From assembly GCA_964016885.1 (NCBI GenBank), contig OZ024751.1, forward strand, positions 3,038,001-3,102,000: a DNA stretch of 64,000 bases, in the 5' to 3' direction. The notes under the pieces were generated by a model. The model ran no database searches. It saw only the letters and a list, made by a program, of their open reading frames with translations, and was not told the origin of the DNA. Each line of letters begins with the position of its first letter. Within the stretch, counting starts at the first letter, position 1. Shown here in pieces: positions 15,001 through 30,192 of this stretch. Position numbers and translations under genes: made by a program. The stretch is from Eledone cirrhosa. Lineage: Eukaryota.

Positions 15001-18000
15001 TGTATTATGTGGTGAGTTATTACCTAATTGGTAGGAATGTGGTGAGTTCTTACCTCAGTGGTAGGACAGTGGTGAGATGTTACCTCCCTGGTAGGACAGT
15101 GGGGAGTTGTGTCCTCAATGGTAGGAGAGTGGTGAGGTAACAGCTCACCACTGTCCTTCCTTGAGGTAACATCTGACCACTGTCGTTCCACTGCGGTAAC
15201 AACTCACCATTGTGCAACCCTTGAGGTAAAAACTCACCACTGTCCTACCATTGAGGTAACAACTCACCACTGTCCTACCTTTGAGGTAACAATTCATCAC
15301 TGTCCGACCATTGAGCTAACACCTCACAACTGTGCTACCATTGAGGTAACAACTCACACACTGTCCTACAACTGAGGTAACATCCCACCACTGTCCTAAC
15401 ATTGACGTAACAACAGACCACTGTCCTACCTTGAGGTAACAACTCACCACTATCCTACCCCTGAGGTAACATCTCACCACTCTCCAAATCATTAAGGTAA
15501 CATCTCACCACAGTAGTACCACTGTGGTAACAATTCACCGCTGTACTACCACTGCGGTATCAACTCACCAGTGTCCTACCATTGAGGTGACAACTCAGAA
15601 CATTCCTACGATTGAGTTAACAACTCACCACGGCGCAACCATTGAGGTAACATCTCACCACCGTCCTACCACTGAGGTTACATCTTACCACTGTCCTACC
15701 AATGAGGTAACAAATTACCACTGTCCTAAAACTGAGGTAACAACTCACCACTGTCCTACCATTGAGGTAACATCTCACCACTGGCTTACCACTGAGGTAA
15801 CAACTCACCACTGTCATACCTTTGAGGTAACATCTCACAACTGTCCTACCATTGAGTTAACAACTCACCACCGCGCAACCATTGAGGTAACATCTCACCA
15901 CTGTCCTACCATTGAGGTAACAACTCACCACTCTCCTACAACTGAGGTAACAACTCACCACTGTCGTACCACTGAGGTAACAACTCACCACTCTCCTACC
16001 ACTGAGGTAACATCGCACAACTGTTCTACCACTGAGGTAACATCTCACAACTGTCCAACCACTGAGGTAACAACTCACAACTGTCCTACCACTGAGATAA
16101 CATCTCACCACTGTCCTACCACTGAGGTAACAACTCACAACTGTCCTACCACTGAAGTAACAACTCACTACTGTCCTACCACTGAGGTAACAACTCAGCA
16201 CTGTCCTACTACTGAGGTAACATCTCACAACTGTCCTACCTCTGAGGTAACAACTCAACACTGTCCTAACATTGAGGTAACATCTCACAACTGTCCTACC
16301 ACTGAGGTAACAACTCACCGCTGTCCTACCGTTGAGGTAACAACTCACTACTCTCTTACCACTGAGGTAACAAGTCACCACTGTCCTACCAGTGAAGGAA
16401 CAACTCACCACCCTCCTACCATTGAGGTAACAACTCACAACTGTCCTACCACTGAGGTAACATCTTACAATTGTCCTAACATGGAGGTAACATCCCACCA
16501 CTGTCCTGCCATTGAAGTAACATCTCCCCACTGTCCTACCACTGAGGTAACATCTCACCACTGTTCTACCACTGAGGTAACATCCCACCACTGTCTTACC
16601 ACTGATGTTACATCTCACCATCTTCCTACCACTGAGGTAACATCTCACCACTGTCCTACCATTGATGTAACATCTCACCACCCTTCTACATCTGAGGTAA
16701 CATCTGACCGCTTTCCTACCATTTGAGGTAATATCTCAACACTGTGTTGCCACTGAGTTAACAACTCACCACTGTCCTACCTCTCAGGTAACATCTCACC
16801 ACTGTCTTACCACTGAGGTAACATCTTACCACTGTCTTACCACTGAGGTAACATCTCACCGCTGTCCTACCATTGAAGTAACATCTCACCACCGTCCTAC
16901 CATTGAGGTAACATCTCACCACATTCCTACCACTGAGGTAACATCTCGCCACTGTCCTACCACTGAGGTAACATCTCACCTCAGTCCTATAATTGGGATT
17001 CATTTCACCACTGTCTTACCACTAAGGTAACATTTCACCACTGTCTTACCATTGAGGTAACGACTCACCACTGTCTTACCACTGATGTTACATCTCACCA
17101 TCTTTCTACCATTGAGGTAACAACTCACCACTGTCCTAACACTCAGGTAACATCTCACCACTGTCTGACCACTAGGTAACAACTCACCACTGTCCTACCA
17201 CTGAGGTATATTCTCACCACTGTCTTACCATTGAGGTAACATCTCACCACTGTCTTACCACTGAGGGAACATCTCACCACTTTCCTACAATTGATGTAAC
17301 ATCTCACCACCGTCCTACCACTGAGGTAACATCTCACCACCGTCCTACCACTGAGGTAACATCTCACCACTGTCCTACCATTGATGTAACATCTCACCAC
17401 CGTACTACCATTGTGGTAACACCTCACCACTGTCCTACCAGTGAGGTAACATCTCACCACTGTCTTACCACTGAGGTAACATCTCACCACCGTCCTATCA
17501 ATGAGGTAACATCTCACCACCATCCTACCACTGAGGTAACAGCTCCCCACTGTCCTTAAATTGAGGTAACAACTCCCCACTGTCCTACCATTGAGGTAAC
17601 AACTCACCATTGTCCTACCATTGAGGTAACATCTCACCATCGTCCTACCATTGAGGTAACATCTCACCACCGTCCTACCATGAGGTAACATCTCACCACA
17701 TTCCTACCATTGAGGTAACAACTAACCAGTGTCGTACCAGTGAGGTAAGAACTCCCCACTGTCCTACCTATGAGGTAGGAACTCACCAAATTCCTACCAA
17801 TTAGGTAACAACTCACCACTTTCCTACCACTGAGGTAACAAGTCCCTACTGTCCTCACATTGAGGTAACAACTCCCCATAGTCCTACCAATGAGGTAACA
17901 TCTCACCGCTGTCGTTCCATCGATGTAATATTTCACCACTGTCTTACCACTGAGTTAACAACTCACCAATGTTCTACCGTTGAGGTAACAACTCACCACT

Positions 18001-21000
18001 GTCCTACCAGTGAGGTAACATCTCACTACTGTCCTACCACTGAGGTTACAACTAACCACATTCCTACCACTGAGGTAACAACTCACCAATGTCCTACTAC
18101 TGAGGTAACATCTCACCACAGTTCTAACATGAGGTATCATCTCACCACTGATGTTACATCTCACCACCTTCCTACCACTGAGGTAACATCTCACCTCAGT
18201 CCTATTATTGGGGTTTCATCTCACCACTGTCTGACAATTGAGGTATCAACTCACCACTGTCCTACCACTCAGGTAACATCGCACCACTGTCTTACCACTG
18301 AGGTAACATCTCACCACTGTCTTACCACTGAGGTAACATCTCACCACTGTCCTACCATTGATGTAACATCTCACCACTGTCCTACCACTGGGGTAACATC
18401 TCACCACTATCCTACCAGTGAGGTAACATCTCACCGCTGTCCTACCATTGAGGTAATATCTCACCGCTGTCCTACCATTGAGGTAATATCTCACCACTGT
18501 CTTACCACTGAGTTAACAAATCACCACTGTTCTACCATTGAGGTAACAACTCACCATTGTCCTACCATTGAGGTAACATTTCACCACCGTCCTACCTTGA
18601 GGTAACATCTCACTACCGTCCTACCACTGAGGTAACATCTCACCACATTCCTACCACTGAGGTAACAACTCACCACTGTCCTACCAGTGAGGTAACAACT
18701 CCCCACTGTCCTACCATTGAGGTAATATCTCACCACTATCTTACCACTGAGTTGACAACTCACCACTGTTATACCATTGAGGTAACAACTCACTATTGTC
18801 CTACCATTGAGGTAACATCTCACGACCGTCCTACCATTGAGGTAACATCTCACCACTGTCCTACCATTGAGGTAACATTTCACCACCGTCCTACCACTGA
18901 GGTAACATCTCACCACATTGCTACCACTGAGGTAACAACTCACCACATTCCTACCACTGAGGTAACAACACACCATTGTCCTACCAGTGAGGTAACTACT
19001 CTCCACTGTCCTACCAGTGAGGTAACATCTCACCACTGTCCTACAACTGAGGTAACAACTCAGCTCAGTCCTATTATTGGGTTTCATCTCACCACTGTCT
19101 TACCACTGAGGTAACATCTCACCACTGTCTTACCACTGATGTTACATCTCACCATCTTCCTACCGCTGAGGTAACAACTCACCACTCTCCTAACACTCAG
19201 CTAACATCTAACCACTGTCTGACCACTAGGTAACAACTCACCACTGTCCTACCACTGAGGTAACATCTCACCACTGCCTTACCACTGAGGGAACATCTCA
19301 CCACTGTCCTACCATTGATGTAACATCTCACCAACGTCCTACCACTGAGGTGACATCTCACCACCGTCCTACCACTGTGGTAACACCTCACCACTGTCCT
19401 ACGAGTGAGGTAACATCTCACCACTCTCTTACCCTTGAGGTAACGTCTCACCACCGTCCTACCAATGAGGTAACAACTCCCCACTGTCCTACCAGTGAGG
19501 TAACATCTCACCATTGTCCTACCACTGAGGTAACAACTCACCACTGTCCTAACATTGAGGTAACAACTCCCCACTGTCCTACCAGTGAGGTAACATCTCA
19601 CCGCTGTCCTACCATTGAGGTAATATCTCACCACTGTCTTACCACTGAGGTAACAACTCCCGACTGTCCTACCAGTGAGGTAACATCTCACCACTGTCCT
19701 ACCACTGAGGTAACAACTCACCTCAGTCCTATTATTGGGGTTTCATCTCACCACTGTCTACCACTGAGGTAACAACTCACCACTGTCTTACCATTGAGGT
19801 AACAACTCACCACTGTCCTACCATTGATGTAACATCTCACCACCGTCCTACTACTGAGGTAACATCTCACCACTGTCCTACCACTGAGGTAACAACTCAC
19901 CACTGTCCTAACACTCAGGTAACATCTCACCACTGTCTGACCACAGAGGTAATAACTCACCACTGTCCTACAACTGAGGTAACATATCACCACCGTCCAA
20001 CCACTGAGGTAACATCTCACCACTGTCCTACCATGAGGTAACAATTCACCACTCAGGTAACAACTCACCACTCTCCTAACACTCAGATAACATCTCACCA
20101 CTCTGACCACTAGGTAACAACTCACCACTGTCCTACCACTGAGGTAACGTGACACCACTGTCCTATCATTGAGGTAACATCTCACGACCGTCCTACCATT
20201 GAGGTAACATCTCACCACCGTCCTACCACTGAGGTAATATCTCACCACATTGCTACCACTGAGGTAACAACTCACCACATTCCTACCACTGAGGTAACAA
20301 CACATCATTGTCCTACCAGTGAGGTAACAACTCTCCACAGTCCTACCAGTGAGGTAACATCTCTCCACTGTCGTACCACTGAGGTAACAACTCAGCTCAG
20401 TCCTATTATTGGGTTTCATCTCACCACTGTCTTACCACTAACGTAACATCTCACCACTGTCTTACCATTGATGTAAGAAGTAACCACTGTCCTACGTTTG
20501 AGGTAACATCTCACCACTGTCTTACCACTGAGGTAACATCTCACCACTGTCTTACCACTGATGTTACATCTCACCATCTTCCTACCACTGAGGTAACAAC
20601 TGACCACTCTCCTAACACTCAGCTAACATCTAACCACTCTCTGACCACTAGGTAACAACTCACCACTGTCCTACCACTGATGTAACATCTCACGACTGTC
20701 TTAGCACTGAGGGAACATTTCACCACTGTCCTACCATTGATGTAACATCTCACCACCGTCCTACCACTGAGGTAACATCTCACCACCGTCCTAACACTGT
20801 GGTAACACCTCACCACTGTCCTACCAGTGAGGTAACATCTCACCACTCGCTTACCACTGAGGTAACATCACACCACCGTCCTACCACTGAGGTAACAACT
20901 CCCCACTGTCCTTACATTGAGGTAACAACTCACCACTGTCCTACCAGTGAGGTAACATCTCACCATTGTCCTACCACTGAGGTAACAACTCACCACTGTC

Positions 21001-24000
21001 CTAACATTGAGGTAACAACTCCCCACTGTCCTATCAGTGAGGTAATATCTCACCGCTGTCCTACCATTGAGGTAATATCTCACCACTGTCTTACCACTGA
21101 GTTAACAACTCACCACTATTCTACCATTGAGGTAACAACTCACCATTGTCCTACCATTGAGGTAACATCTCACCCCCGTCCTACCATTGAGGTATCATCT
21201 CACCACATTCCTACCAGTGAGGTAACAACTCCCCACTGTTCTACCATAGAGGTAACATCTCACCAGTGTCCTACAACTGAGGTAACAACTCACCTCAGTC
21301 CTATAATTGGGGTTTCATCTCACCACTGTCTTACCACTCAGGTAATATCTCACCACTGTCTTACCATTGAGGTAACAACTCACCACTGTCCTACCATTGA
21401 TGTAACATCTCACCACTGTTCTACCACTGAGGTAACAACTCACCACTGTCCTACCACTCAGGTAACATCTCACCACTGTCTGACCACTGAGGTAACAACT
21501 CACAACTTTCCTAAACAGAGGTAACATCTCACCACTGTCTGACCACTGAGGTAACATCTCACCACCGTCCTACCACTGAGTAACATCTCACCACGTCCTA
21601 CCAATGAGGTAACATCTCACCACTGTCCTACCATTTATGTAACATCTCACCATCGTCCTACCACTGAGGTAACAACTCACCACTGTCCTACCACAGAGGT
21701 AACATCTCACCACTGAGGTAACATCTCACCACTGTCCTACCATTGATGTAACATCTCACCAGCGTCCTACCACTGAGGTAACATCTCACCACCGTCTACA
21801 CCTGAGGTAACATCTCACCACTGTCCTACCATTGATATAACATCTCACCACCGTCCTACCACTGAGGTAACAACTCACCACTGTCCTACCAGTGAGGTAA
21901 CATCTCACCACTGTCTTACCACTGAGGTAACATCTCACCACCGTCCTACCACTGAGGTAACATCTCACCACCGTCCACCACTGAGGGAACAACTCCCTAC
22001 TGTCCTAACATTGAGGTAACAACTCCCCACTGTACTACCACTGAGCTAACATCTCACCACATTGCTACCACTGAGGTAACAACTCATCACATTCCTACCA
22101 TTGAGGTAACAACTCCCGACTGTCCTACCAGTGAGGTAACATCTCACGACTGTCCTACCACTGAGGTAATAACAACTCACCTCAGTCCTATTATTGGGGT
22201 TTCATCTCACCACTGTTTTACCACTGAGGTAACATCTCACCAGTGTCTTACCACTGAAGTAACATCTCACCACTGTCCTACTATTGATGTAACATCTCAC
22301 CACCGTCATACCACTGAGGTAACATCTCACCACCGTCCTACCACTGAGGTAACCACTCCCTAATGTCCTCACATTGAGGTAACAACTCGCCACTGTCCTA
22401 CCAATGAGGTAACATCTCACCGCTGTCGTACCATTGATGTAATATTTCACCACTGTCTAACCACTGAGTTAACAACTCACCAATGTTCTACCGTTGCGGT
22501 AACAACTCACCATTGTCCTACCATTGAGGAAACAACTCACCACCGTTCTACCACTGAGGTAACATCTCACCACAGTCCTACCACTGAGGTAACAACTCAC
22601 CACTGTCCTACCACTGAGGTAACAACTCACCACATTCCTACCACTGAGGTAACAACTCACCACTGTCCTACTACTGAGGTAACATCTCACCACAGTTCTA
22701 CATGAGGTAACATCTCACCACTGATGTTACATCTCACCACCTTCCTACCACTGAGGTAACAACTCACCTCAGTCCTATTATTGGGGTTTTATCTCACCAC
22801 TGTCTGACAACTGACGTATCAACTCACCACTGTCCTACCACTCAGGTAACATCTCACCACTGTCCTACCATTGATGTAACATCTCACCACCGTCCTACCA
22901 CTGGGGTAACATCTCACCACTATCCTACCAGTGAGGTAACATCTCACCGCTGTCCTACCATTGAGGTAATATCTCACCGCTGTCCTACCATTGATGTAAT
23001 ATCTCACCACTGTCTTACCACTGAGTTAACAACTCACCACTGTTCTACCATTGAGGTAACAACTCACCATTGTCCTACCATTGAGGTAACATTTCACCAC
23101 CGTCCTACCATTGAGGTAACATCTCACTACCGTCCTACCACTGAGGTAACATCTCACCACATTCATACCACTGAGGTAACAACTCACCACATTTCTACCA
23201 CTGAGGTAACAACTCACCACATTCCTACAACTGAGGTAACAAGACACCATTGTCCTACCAGTGAGGTAACAACTCTCCACTGTCCTACCAGTGAGGTAAC
23301 ATCTCACCACTGTCCTACCACTGAGGTAACAACTCAGCTCAGTCCTATTATTGGGTTTCATCTCACCACTGTCTTACCACTAATGTAACATCTCACCACT
23401 GTCTTACCATTGAGGTAACATCTCACCACTGTCTTACCACTGAGGTAACATCTGACCACTGTCCTACCATTGATGTAACATCTCACCACCGTCCTACCAC
23501 TGGGGTAACATCTCACCACTATCCTACCAGTGAGGTAACATCTCACCGCTGTCCTACCATTTAGGTAATATCTCACCGCTGTCCTACCATTGAGGTAATA
23601 TCTCACCACTGTCTTACCACTGAGTTAACAACTCACCACTGTTCTACCATTGAGGTAACAACTCACCATTGTCCTACCATTGAGGTAACATTTCACCACC
23701 TTCCTACCATTTAGGTAACATCTCACTACCGTCCTACCACTGAGGTAACATCTCACCACATTTCTACCACTGAGGTAACAACTCACCACATTCCTACCAC
23801 TGAGGTAACAAGACACCATTGTCCTACCAGTGAGGTAACAACTCTCCACTGTCCTACCAGTGAGGTAACATCTCACCACTGTCCTACCACTGAGGTAACA
23901 ACTCAGCTCAGTCCTATTATTGGGTTTCATCTCACCACTGTCTTACCACTAATGTAACATCTCACCACTATTTTACCAATGAGGTAACATCTCACCACTG

Positions 24001-26829
24001 ACCTACCATTGATGTAACATCTCACCACCGTCCTACCACTGTTGTAACACCTCACCACTGTCCTACCAGTGAAGTAACATCTCACCACTGTCTTACCACT
24101 GAAGTAACATCTCACCACCGTCCTACCACTGAGGTTTCAACGCCCCACACTCCTTACATTGAGGTAACAACTCGCCACTGTCCTACCAGTGAGGTAACAT
24201 CTCACCATTGTCCTACCACTGAGGTAAAAACTCACCACTGTCCTAACATTGAGGTAACAACTCCCCACTGTCCTAACAGTGAGGTAACATCTCACCGCTG
24301 TCCTACCTTGAGGTAATATCTCACCACTGTCTTACGACTGAGTTAACAACTCACCACTGTTCTACCATTGAGGTAACATCTCACCACCGTCCTACCATTG
24401 AGGTAACATCTCACCACCGTCCTAAAACTGACGTAACATCTCACCACATTCTTAACACTGAGGTAACAACTCACCACAGTCCTACCACTGAGGTAACAAC
24501 TCACCACTGTCCTACCAGTGAGGTAACAATTCCCCACTGTCCTACCATTGAGGTAATATATCACCACTGTTTTTACCACTGAGTTAACAACTCACCACTG
24601 TTCTACCATTGAGGTAACACCTCACCATTGTCCTACCACTGAGGTAACAACTCACCACATTCCTACCACTGAGGTAATAACTCACCACTGTCCTACCACC
24701 GAGGTTACATCTCACCACAGTCCTACCACTGAGGTAACATCTCACCACTGTCTTACCACTGATGTTACATCTCACCATCTTCCTACCTTTGAGGTAACAA
24801 CTCCCCACTGTCCTACCACAGAGGTAACATCTCACCACTATCCTACAGCTGAGGTAACAACTAACCTCAGTCCTATTATTGGGGTTTCATCTCACCACTG
24901 TCTTACCACTGCGGTAACATCTCACCACTGTCTTACCATTGAGGTAACAACTCACCACTGTCCTACCATTGATGTAACATCTCACCACCTTCCTACCACT
25001 GAGGTAACATCTCACCAGTGTCCTACCACTGAGGTAACATCTCACCACCGTCCTACCACTGAGGTAACATCTCACCACTGTCCTACCATTGATGTAACAC
25101 CTCACAACCGTCCTACCACTGAGGTAACATCTCACCACTGTCCTACCATTGAGGTAACATCTCACCACTGTCTTACCACTGGGGTAACATCTCACCACCG
25201 TCCTACCACTGAGGTAACATCTCACCACATTGCTACCACTGAGGTAACAACTCACCACATTCCTATCACTGAGGTAACAACTCACCACTGTCCTACCACT
25301 GAGGTAAGAACTCACCACATTCCTACCAATGAGGTAACATCTCACCACTGTCCTACCATTGAGGTAACAACTCACCACTGTCCTACCACTGAGGTAACAA
25401 CTCCCCACTGTCCTACCACTGAGGTAAGAACTCACCACATTCCTACCAATGAGGTAACATCTCACCACTGTCCTATCACTGAGGTAACAACTCACCACAT
25501 TCCTTCCACTGAGGTAACATCTCACCACTGTATTACTACTGAGGTAACAACTCACCTCTGTCCTACCAGTGAGGTATCATGCCACCTCTGTCCTATCACT
25601 GAGGTAACATCTCACCAACGTCCTACCACTGAGGTAACAACTCACCACTATCCTACCACTGAGTTAACAACTCACCACTGTTCTACCATTGAGGTAACAA
25701 CTCACCATTGACCTACCACTGAGGTAACAACTCACCACCGTCCTACCATTGAGGTAACATCTCACCACCGTCCTACCACTGAGGTAACAACTCACCACTG
25801 TCCTACCAGTGAGGTAACATCTCACCACTGTCCTACCAGTGAGGTAACAACTCCCCACTGTCCTACCAGTGAGGTAACAACTCCCCACTGTCCTACCAGT
25901 GAGGTAACTACTCCCCACTATCCTACCACTGAGTTCATAACTCGCCACTGTTCTACCACTGAGGTAACAACTTCCCACTGTCCTACCAGTGAGGTAACAA
26001 CTCCCGACATTCCTACCACTGAGGTAACAACCCACCACTGTCCTACCAGTGAGGTAACAACTCCCCACTGCCCTACCACTGAGGTAAAACTCCCCACTGT
26101 CCTACCACTGATGTAACAACTCACCACTGTCCTACCAGTGAGGTAACATCTCACCACTGTTCTACCAGTGAGGTAACAACTCCCCACTGTTCTACCACTG
26201 AGGTAACAACTCACCACTGTCCTACCAGTGAGATAACAACTCACCACTGTCCTACCAGTGAGGTAACAACTCACCACTGTCCTACCAGTGAGGTAACATC
26301 TCACCACTGTTCTACCAGTGAGGTAACAACTCCCCACTGTTCTATCAGTGAGGTAACAACTCCCCACTGTCCTACCAGTGAGATAACAACTCTCCACTGT
26401 TCTACCAGTGAGGTAACAACTCACCACTGTCCTACCAGTGAGGTAACAACTCCCCACTGTCCTACCAGTGAGGTAACAACTCCCCACTGTTCTACCAGTG
26501 AGATAACAACTCCCCACTGTTCTACCAGTGAGGTAACAACTCACCACTGTCCTACCAGTGAGGTAACAACTCCCCACTGTTCTACCAGTGAGATAACAAC
26601 TCCCCACTGTTCTACCAGTGAGGTAACATCTCACCACTGTTCTACCAGTGAGGTAACAACTCCCCACTGTCCTACCAGTGAGGTAACAACTCCCCACTGT
26701 TCTACCAGTGAGATAACAACTCCCCACTGTTCTACCAGTGAGGTAACAACTCACCACTGTCCTACCAGTGAGGTAACAACTCCCCACTGTCCTACCAGTG
26801 AGATAACATCTCACCACTGTCCTCCCACC
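1..26829. repeat. 30-bp tandem satellite, consensus ~ACTGTCCTACCACTGAGGTAACAACTCACC, roughly 890 units, continuing past the window start
   Basis: 30-bp periodicity is visible throughout, with variant units and occasional 29-bp and 39-bp units. The array ends at ...cctcccacct (~26829). Confidence 0.98.
14549..15136 (-). repeat. Inverted block of ~20 satellite units inside the array
   Basis: Sequence switches to the reverse complement (ggtgagatgttacctcagtggtagga) at ~14549 and switches back at ...ggtgag|gtaac (~15136). Confidence 0.95.
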
Positions 26830-27039
26830 TATATACAACACTATATATTAACCCTATCTCTGAGATAGTATTTTCATTGAGTTACCTTTTCACTAAGATA
26901 ACCTTAAGGCTTACCAAATCATCTGCAAAGACATTTTATCAATAGAAAACTCTACGCCTTTACCGTTGAAGAAATTTCGCCATTGAAGAAGATAGCTTTT
27001 GACGTAACTTTATCATTACTGAATTAATACACCGTACAA

Positions 27040-27262
27040 ATGGCTGGCTGGGCGATTGCCTGGTTGGTTGCTTGACTGTGTGGCTGTGTGGTTGGCTGGT
27101 TGCTCGGCTGGCTGGTTGCTCAATTGGTTGGTTGGCTGGATTAGTTGCCTGACAGTTTGGTCGGTTAATTGATTGATTTGCTGGTTGGTTGTCTGTCTGT
27201 TTTGTCGGTAAATTGATTGGTTGTCTGATTGTTTGGTCGGTTAATTGATTGGTTAGTTGGTT
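27040..27262. repeat. Degenerate (TGGT/TGGC/TGAT)n tetranucleotide repeat
   Basis: Runs of tggt, tggc and tgat are visible directly. Confidence 0.8.
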
Positions 27263-27419
27263 GCCGAATAGACACAGATGTTGTTGAACGGCTTCCATTT
27301 CGACCAAAGCATTCTCATTCCTTTCCATGTGGATCATTGTTAGACAAAATAAACATCTGCTTGGAAATTACCAATATCAAAATTATGTTCGATATGAGTA
27401 TCTTTATATAAACCATTCA

Positions 27420-27740
27420 CTACTAAAAACTGCACTGTTCATTGTTAAATACTTTGCTGTTCGTTGCTTAACTGTAAACAGCTTATTGCTAAGCACTTCC
27501 CTGTTCACTATTAAACACTTCACTTTTCACCACTAAACACTTCATCGTTCGTAGCTAAAGAGGTTGTGTTCATTGCTAAACAGGTTAACATTAATAGCTA
27601 AACAGGTCAACAACTTTATTGCTAAACTGGTCAGCAATTTTATTGCTAAAGAGGTGTTCAAAGTTAAACAAACTGTGTTCATTGCTAAACAAGTCAATAT
27701 GTTTATTGCTAAACTGTTCAGTATTCATGGCTAAATATTT
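27420..27740. repeat. Degenerate ~20-bp minisatellite with core ttcattgctaaac
   Basis: attgctaaac-like cores recur at about 20-bp spacing. Confidence 0.6.
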
Positions 27741-28130
27741 CACATCAGAGATCAATTGAAATATAAAGTTTTATTCATTTTTTTCTTGTAATTTAATGGT
27801 ATAAAATAAGACTTCTCTCTCTCCACACACACCCGCACACCCAATCACACATTATGAATCTCTCTCTCACTCTCTCTCTCTCTTTCTCTCTCTCATATAC
27901 ACACATTCACGTGTATTCCTATTTCTACTTTCAATCTCTCCTTCTTCCACAACCAATACCAATTTACATATTTTATTCACTGCTAGTTCATGTCATTTAT
28001 TTAAAAGACTAAAGCAGCCATTTTCAGTCTTTTCCGAACCACACCACATTGAATAGGGCACTAAAAGTTTACAACATATCACTACATATATATATTTATA
28101 TATATATATATATATACATACATACATATA

Positions 28131-28292
28131 CAGGGCCTTTGAGCGGGGGGAAGGGGGGTCCATCCGGTACTTTGTTCCGGGGCCCAAAAACTAAGAAGGC
28201 CACTGAGCAACCATGCAACATCCAGTTTGAGAAAAATCTTTGCCTGTTTCGGACGGGTCTTGTATTGCTTTGCAAAATTACTCTTGGAGACC

Positions 28293-28295
<3 letters not shown>
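28131..28295. mobile_element. Candidate short MITE with CAGGG...CCCTG termini, inserted in (TA)n
   Basis: Imperfect terminal inverted repeats (cagggcctttgag / ctcttggagaccctg), with TA tracts on both sides. Confidence 0.4.
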
Positions 28296-28383
<88 letters not shown>

Positions 28384-28387
<4 letters not shown>

Positions 28388-28889
28388 TAAGGATTCGTTA
28401 AAAGCCTCATAGAAGGACACTAACATCTCTGCTGATACATGGGAAAGCATGGCTGCTGATCGTAATAAATGGAGAAATACTGTGCATGAGTGGAAAGTTG
28501 CTTTTGAAGCATCTCGAATCGTATACGAGAAAGTAAAAAGGGATGTCAGGAAAGGCATTGCTGTTACATTTCCAGACAACAAAGGTCCTCCTATGGCGCT
28601 GACATGCAGCCTTTGTGCAAGACTCTGCCTCAGCAAAGCTAGACTCAAAAGTCATCTTCTCAGTCATAAAGTGAGAGCAGAGGTTGACTACCAGGCTGCT
28701 GTCCGAGATGCTACTCATCATACTTGTCAAGCATGTGGAAAAGACAGATCAGCAGGAGGGCACAAAAAACATACAAAAGTAGTGAAGACCAACCACAGCC
28801 GTCTATTGTCAATGAATGTTTTTGTCATGGATGCCAACTCCGTGCAAGACATTTCAGATCATTGTCACATTCGATCGCAGCACCGTTAA
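28384..28889 (+). mobile_element. Degenerate 3' fragment of an RTE-clade LINE (C-terminal region with C2H2 zinc-finger-like motifs)
   Basis: Translation gives RYKDSLKAS...DTWESMAADRNKWR...CSLCARLCLSKARLKSHLLSH...CQACGK, typical of RTE/BovB-type ORF ends, with a stop or frameshift. Confidence 0.7.
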
Positions 28890-28892
28890 TTA

Positions 28893-29003
<111 letters not shown>

Positions 29004-29158
29004 GCGTGCGTGTTAGTGTGTGTGTGTGCATATGTATGTGTGTATTTTTTTCATTTTTTATCGTGTAGTGGCCATAATCGATAACGAGGGGGCAGCCATC
29101 ATCTATGTATATGTGTATGTATGTATGTGTGTGTATATGTATGTATGTATGTGTGTGC

Positions 29159-29387
29159 GTGTAGATCCCGAGTTAAATCAGGGGTATTCACAGTGAATAA
29201 GGTACTCAATACATTAGTAGAGTGAAAACATTAATATTTAATATAGAAATGGCTTCTACCGGAGCCATTTCTGTGGTGTGTATATATCTATTGTGTGTAT
29301 ATATATATATATATATTGCTGTGTGTGTATATATATATATATTGCTGGCTGACGAATGAAACAGTTCTAGTTATGTAGAAGCTATTC

Positions 29388-29461
<74 letters not shown>

Positions 29462-29612
29462 GAATACTTCTACATAACTAGAACTGTTTCATTCGTACGA
29501 AATCATCAGGATTGAAACAGTTCTACTCGTGTAGAAGCCATTTCTATATTAGATATTGATGTTTTCACTCTACTAATGTATTGCGTGCCTGATTTAACTC
29601 GGGATCTACACA
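29159..29612. repeat. Nested inverted repeats of a PLE-end-like element around a (TA)n tract
   Basis: 29161-29259 is an inverted copy of 29531-29609, and 29352-29392 of 29457-29496. A related fragment lies at 38611-38647. Confidence 0.75.
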
Positions 29613-29825
29613 CACATACATACATATATGCATACAGACATATGAATTTTTGGTAACGTTTGTCTATTTTTTTTCATTAAACTTATATTTTAGAGTTAGC
29701 TCAGTTTAAATGATTATTTGTCTAGTTAATTTCTTCGGACTAAGAGGAAAGACTAGGTAAATTTTATTTAACTGTTGCTCATAAAAGAATATCGATAAAA
29801 TTTACCTTTTATTTCTTCTAACTTC

Positions 29826-29875
<50 letters not shown>

Positions 29876-29880
<5 letters not shown>

Positions 29881-30192
29881 ATAACAGAGTAAAGTTTAAG
29901 CAAAGAATCGCTGCTTTCACCCTTAACGAGATCTTCTGAAACTAAAAAAATCAATCTGTGGACGCAGAAGTAAATATTTCGAAAAACGTTGCAACCGAAG
30001 GAAAACAGAAAGACGATACTTTGGTTCGTGAAGACGTTCCCTGGCAATGAACGGAAAAAAGCGAAGATAATACTTCGGAGCGCGGAAGAACAATCACACG
30101 CAAACACAAAACCACGTTAATGGTATAAATGGAGTCATTAGACTAATATTCCATTTGGGAAACCGAATGATTCTCAGCTTCGGAGTTAAGAA
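29876..30192 (+). repeat. Unclassified interspersed repeat
   Basis: The shared core aaagaatcgctgctttcacccttaacg recurs inverted at 31170-31492 and 38675-38745, and direct at 41265-41380. Confidence 0.8.

Noticed and set aside
1-26829. Long ORFs (CYLSGRTVVR / TTEVTTHHCP repeats) as a mucin-like or Cys-rich protein gene
   Set aside because: They follow automatically from a 30-bp unit. Frequent 29-bp units, stops and an internal inversion break every frame.
1-26829. Satellite as a CRISPR array or hammerhead repeat (CTGAGG motif)
   Set aside because: There are no unique spacers and no cas genes, and the context is eukaryotic. The unit reads CTGAGGT and lacks GAAA.
26980-27360. Possible small minus-strand exons beside the satellite edge
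   Set aside because: Splice signals are weak and no peptide is recognisable.
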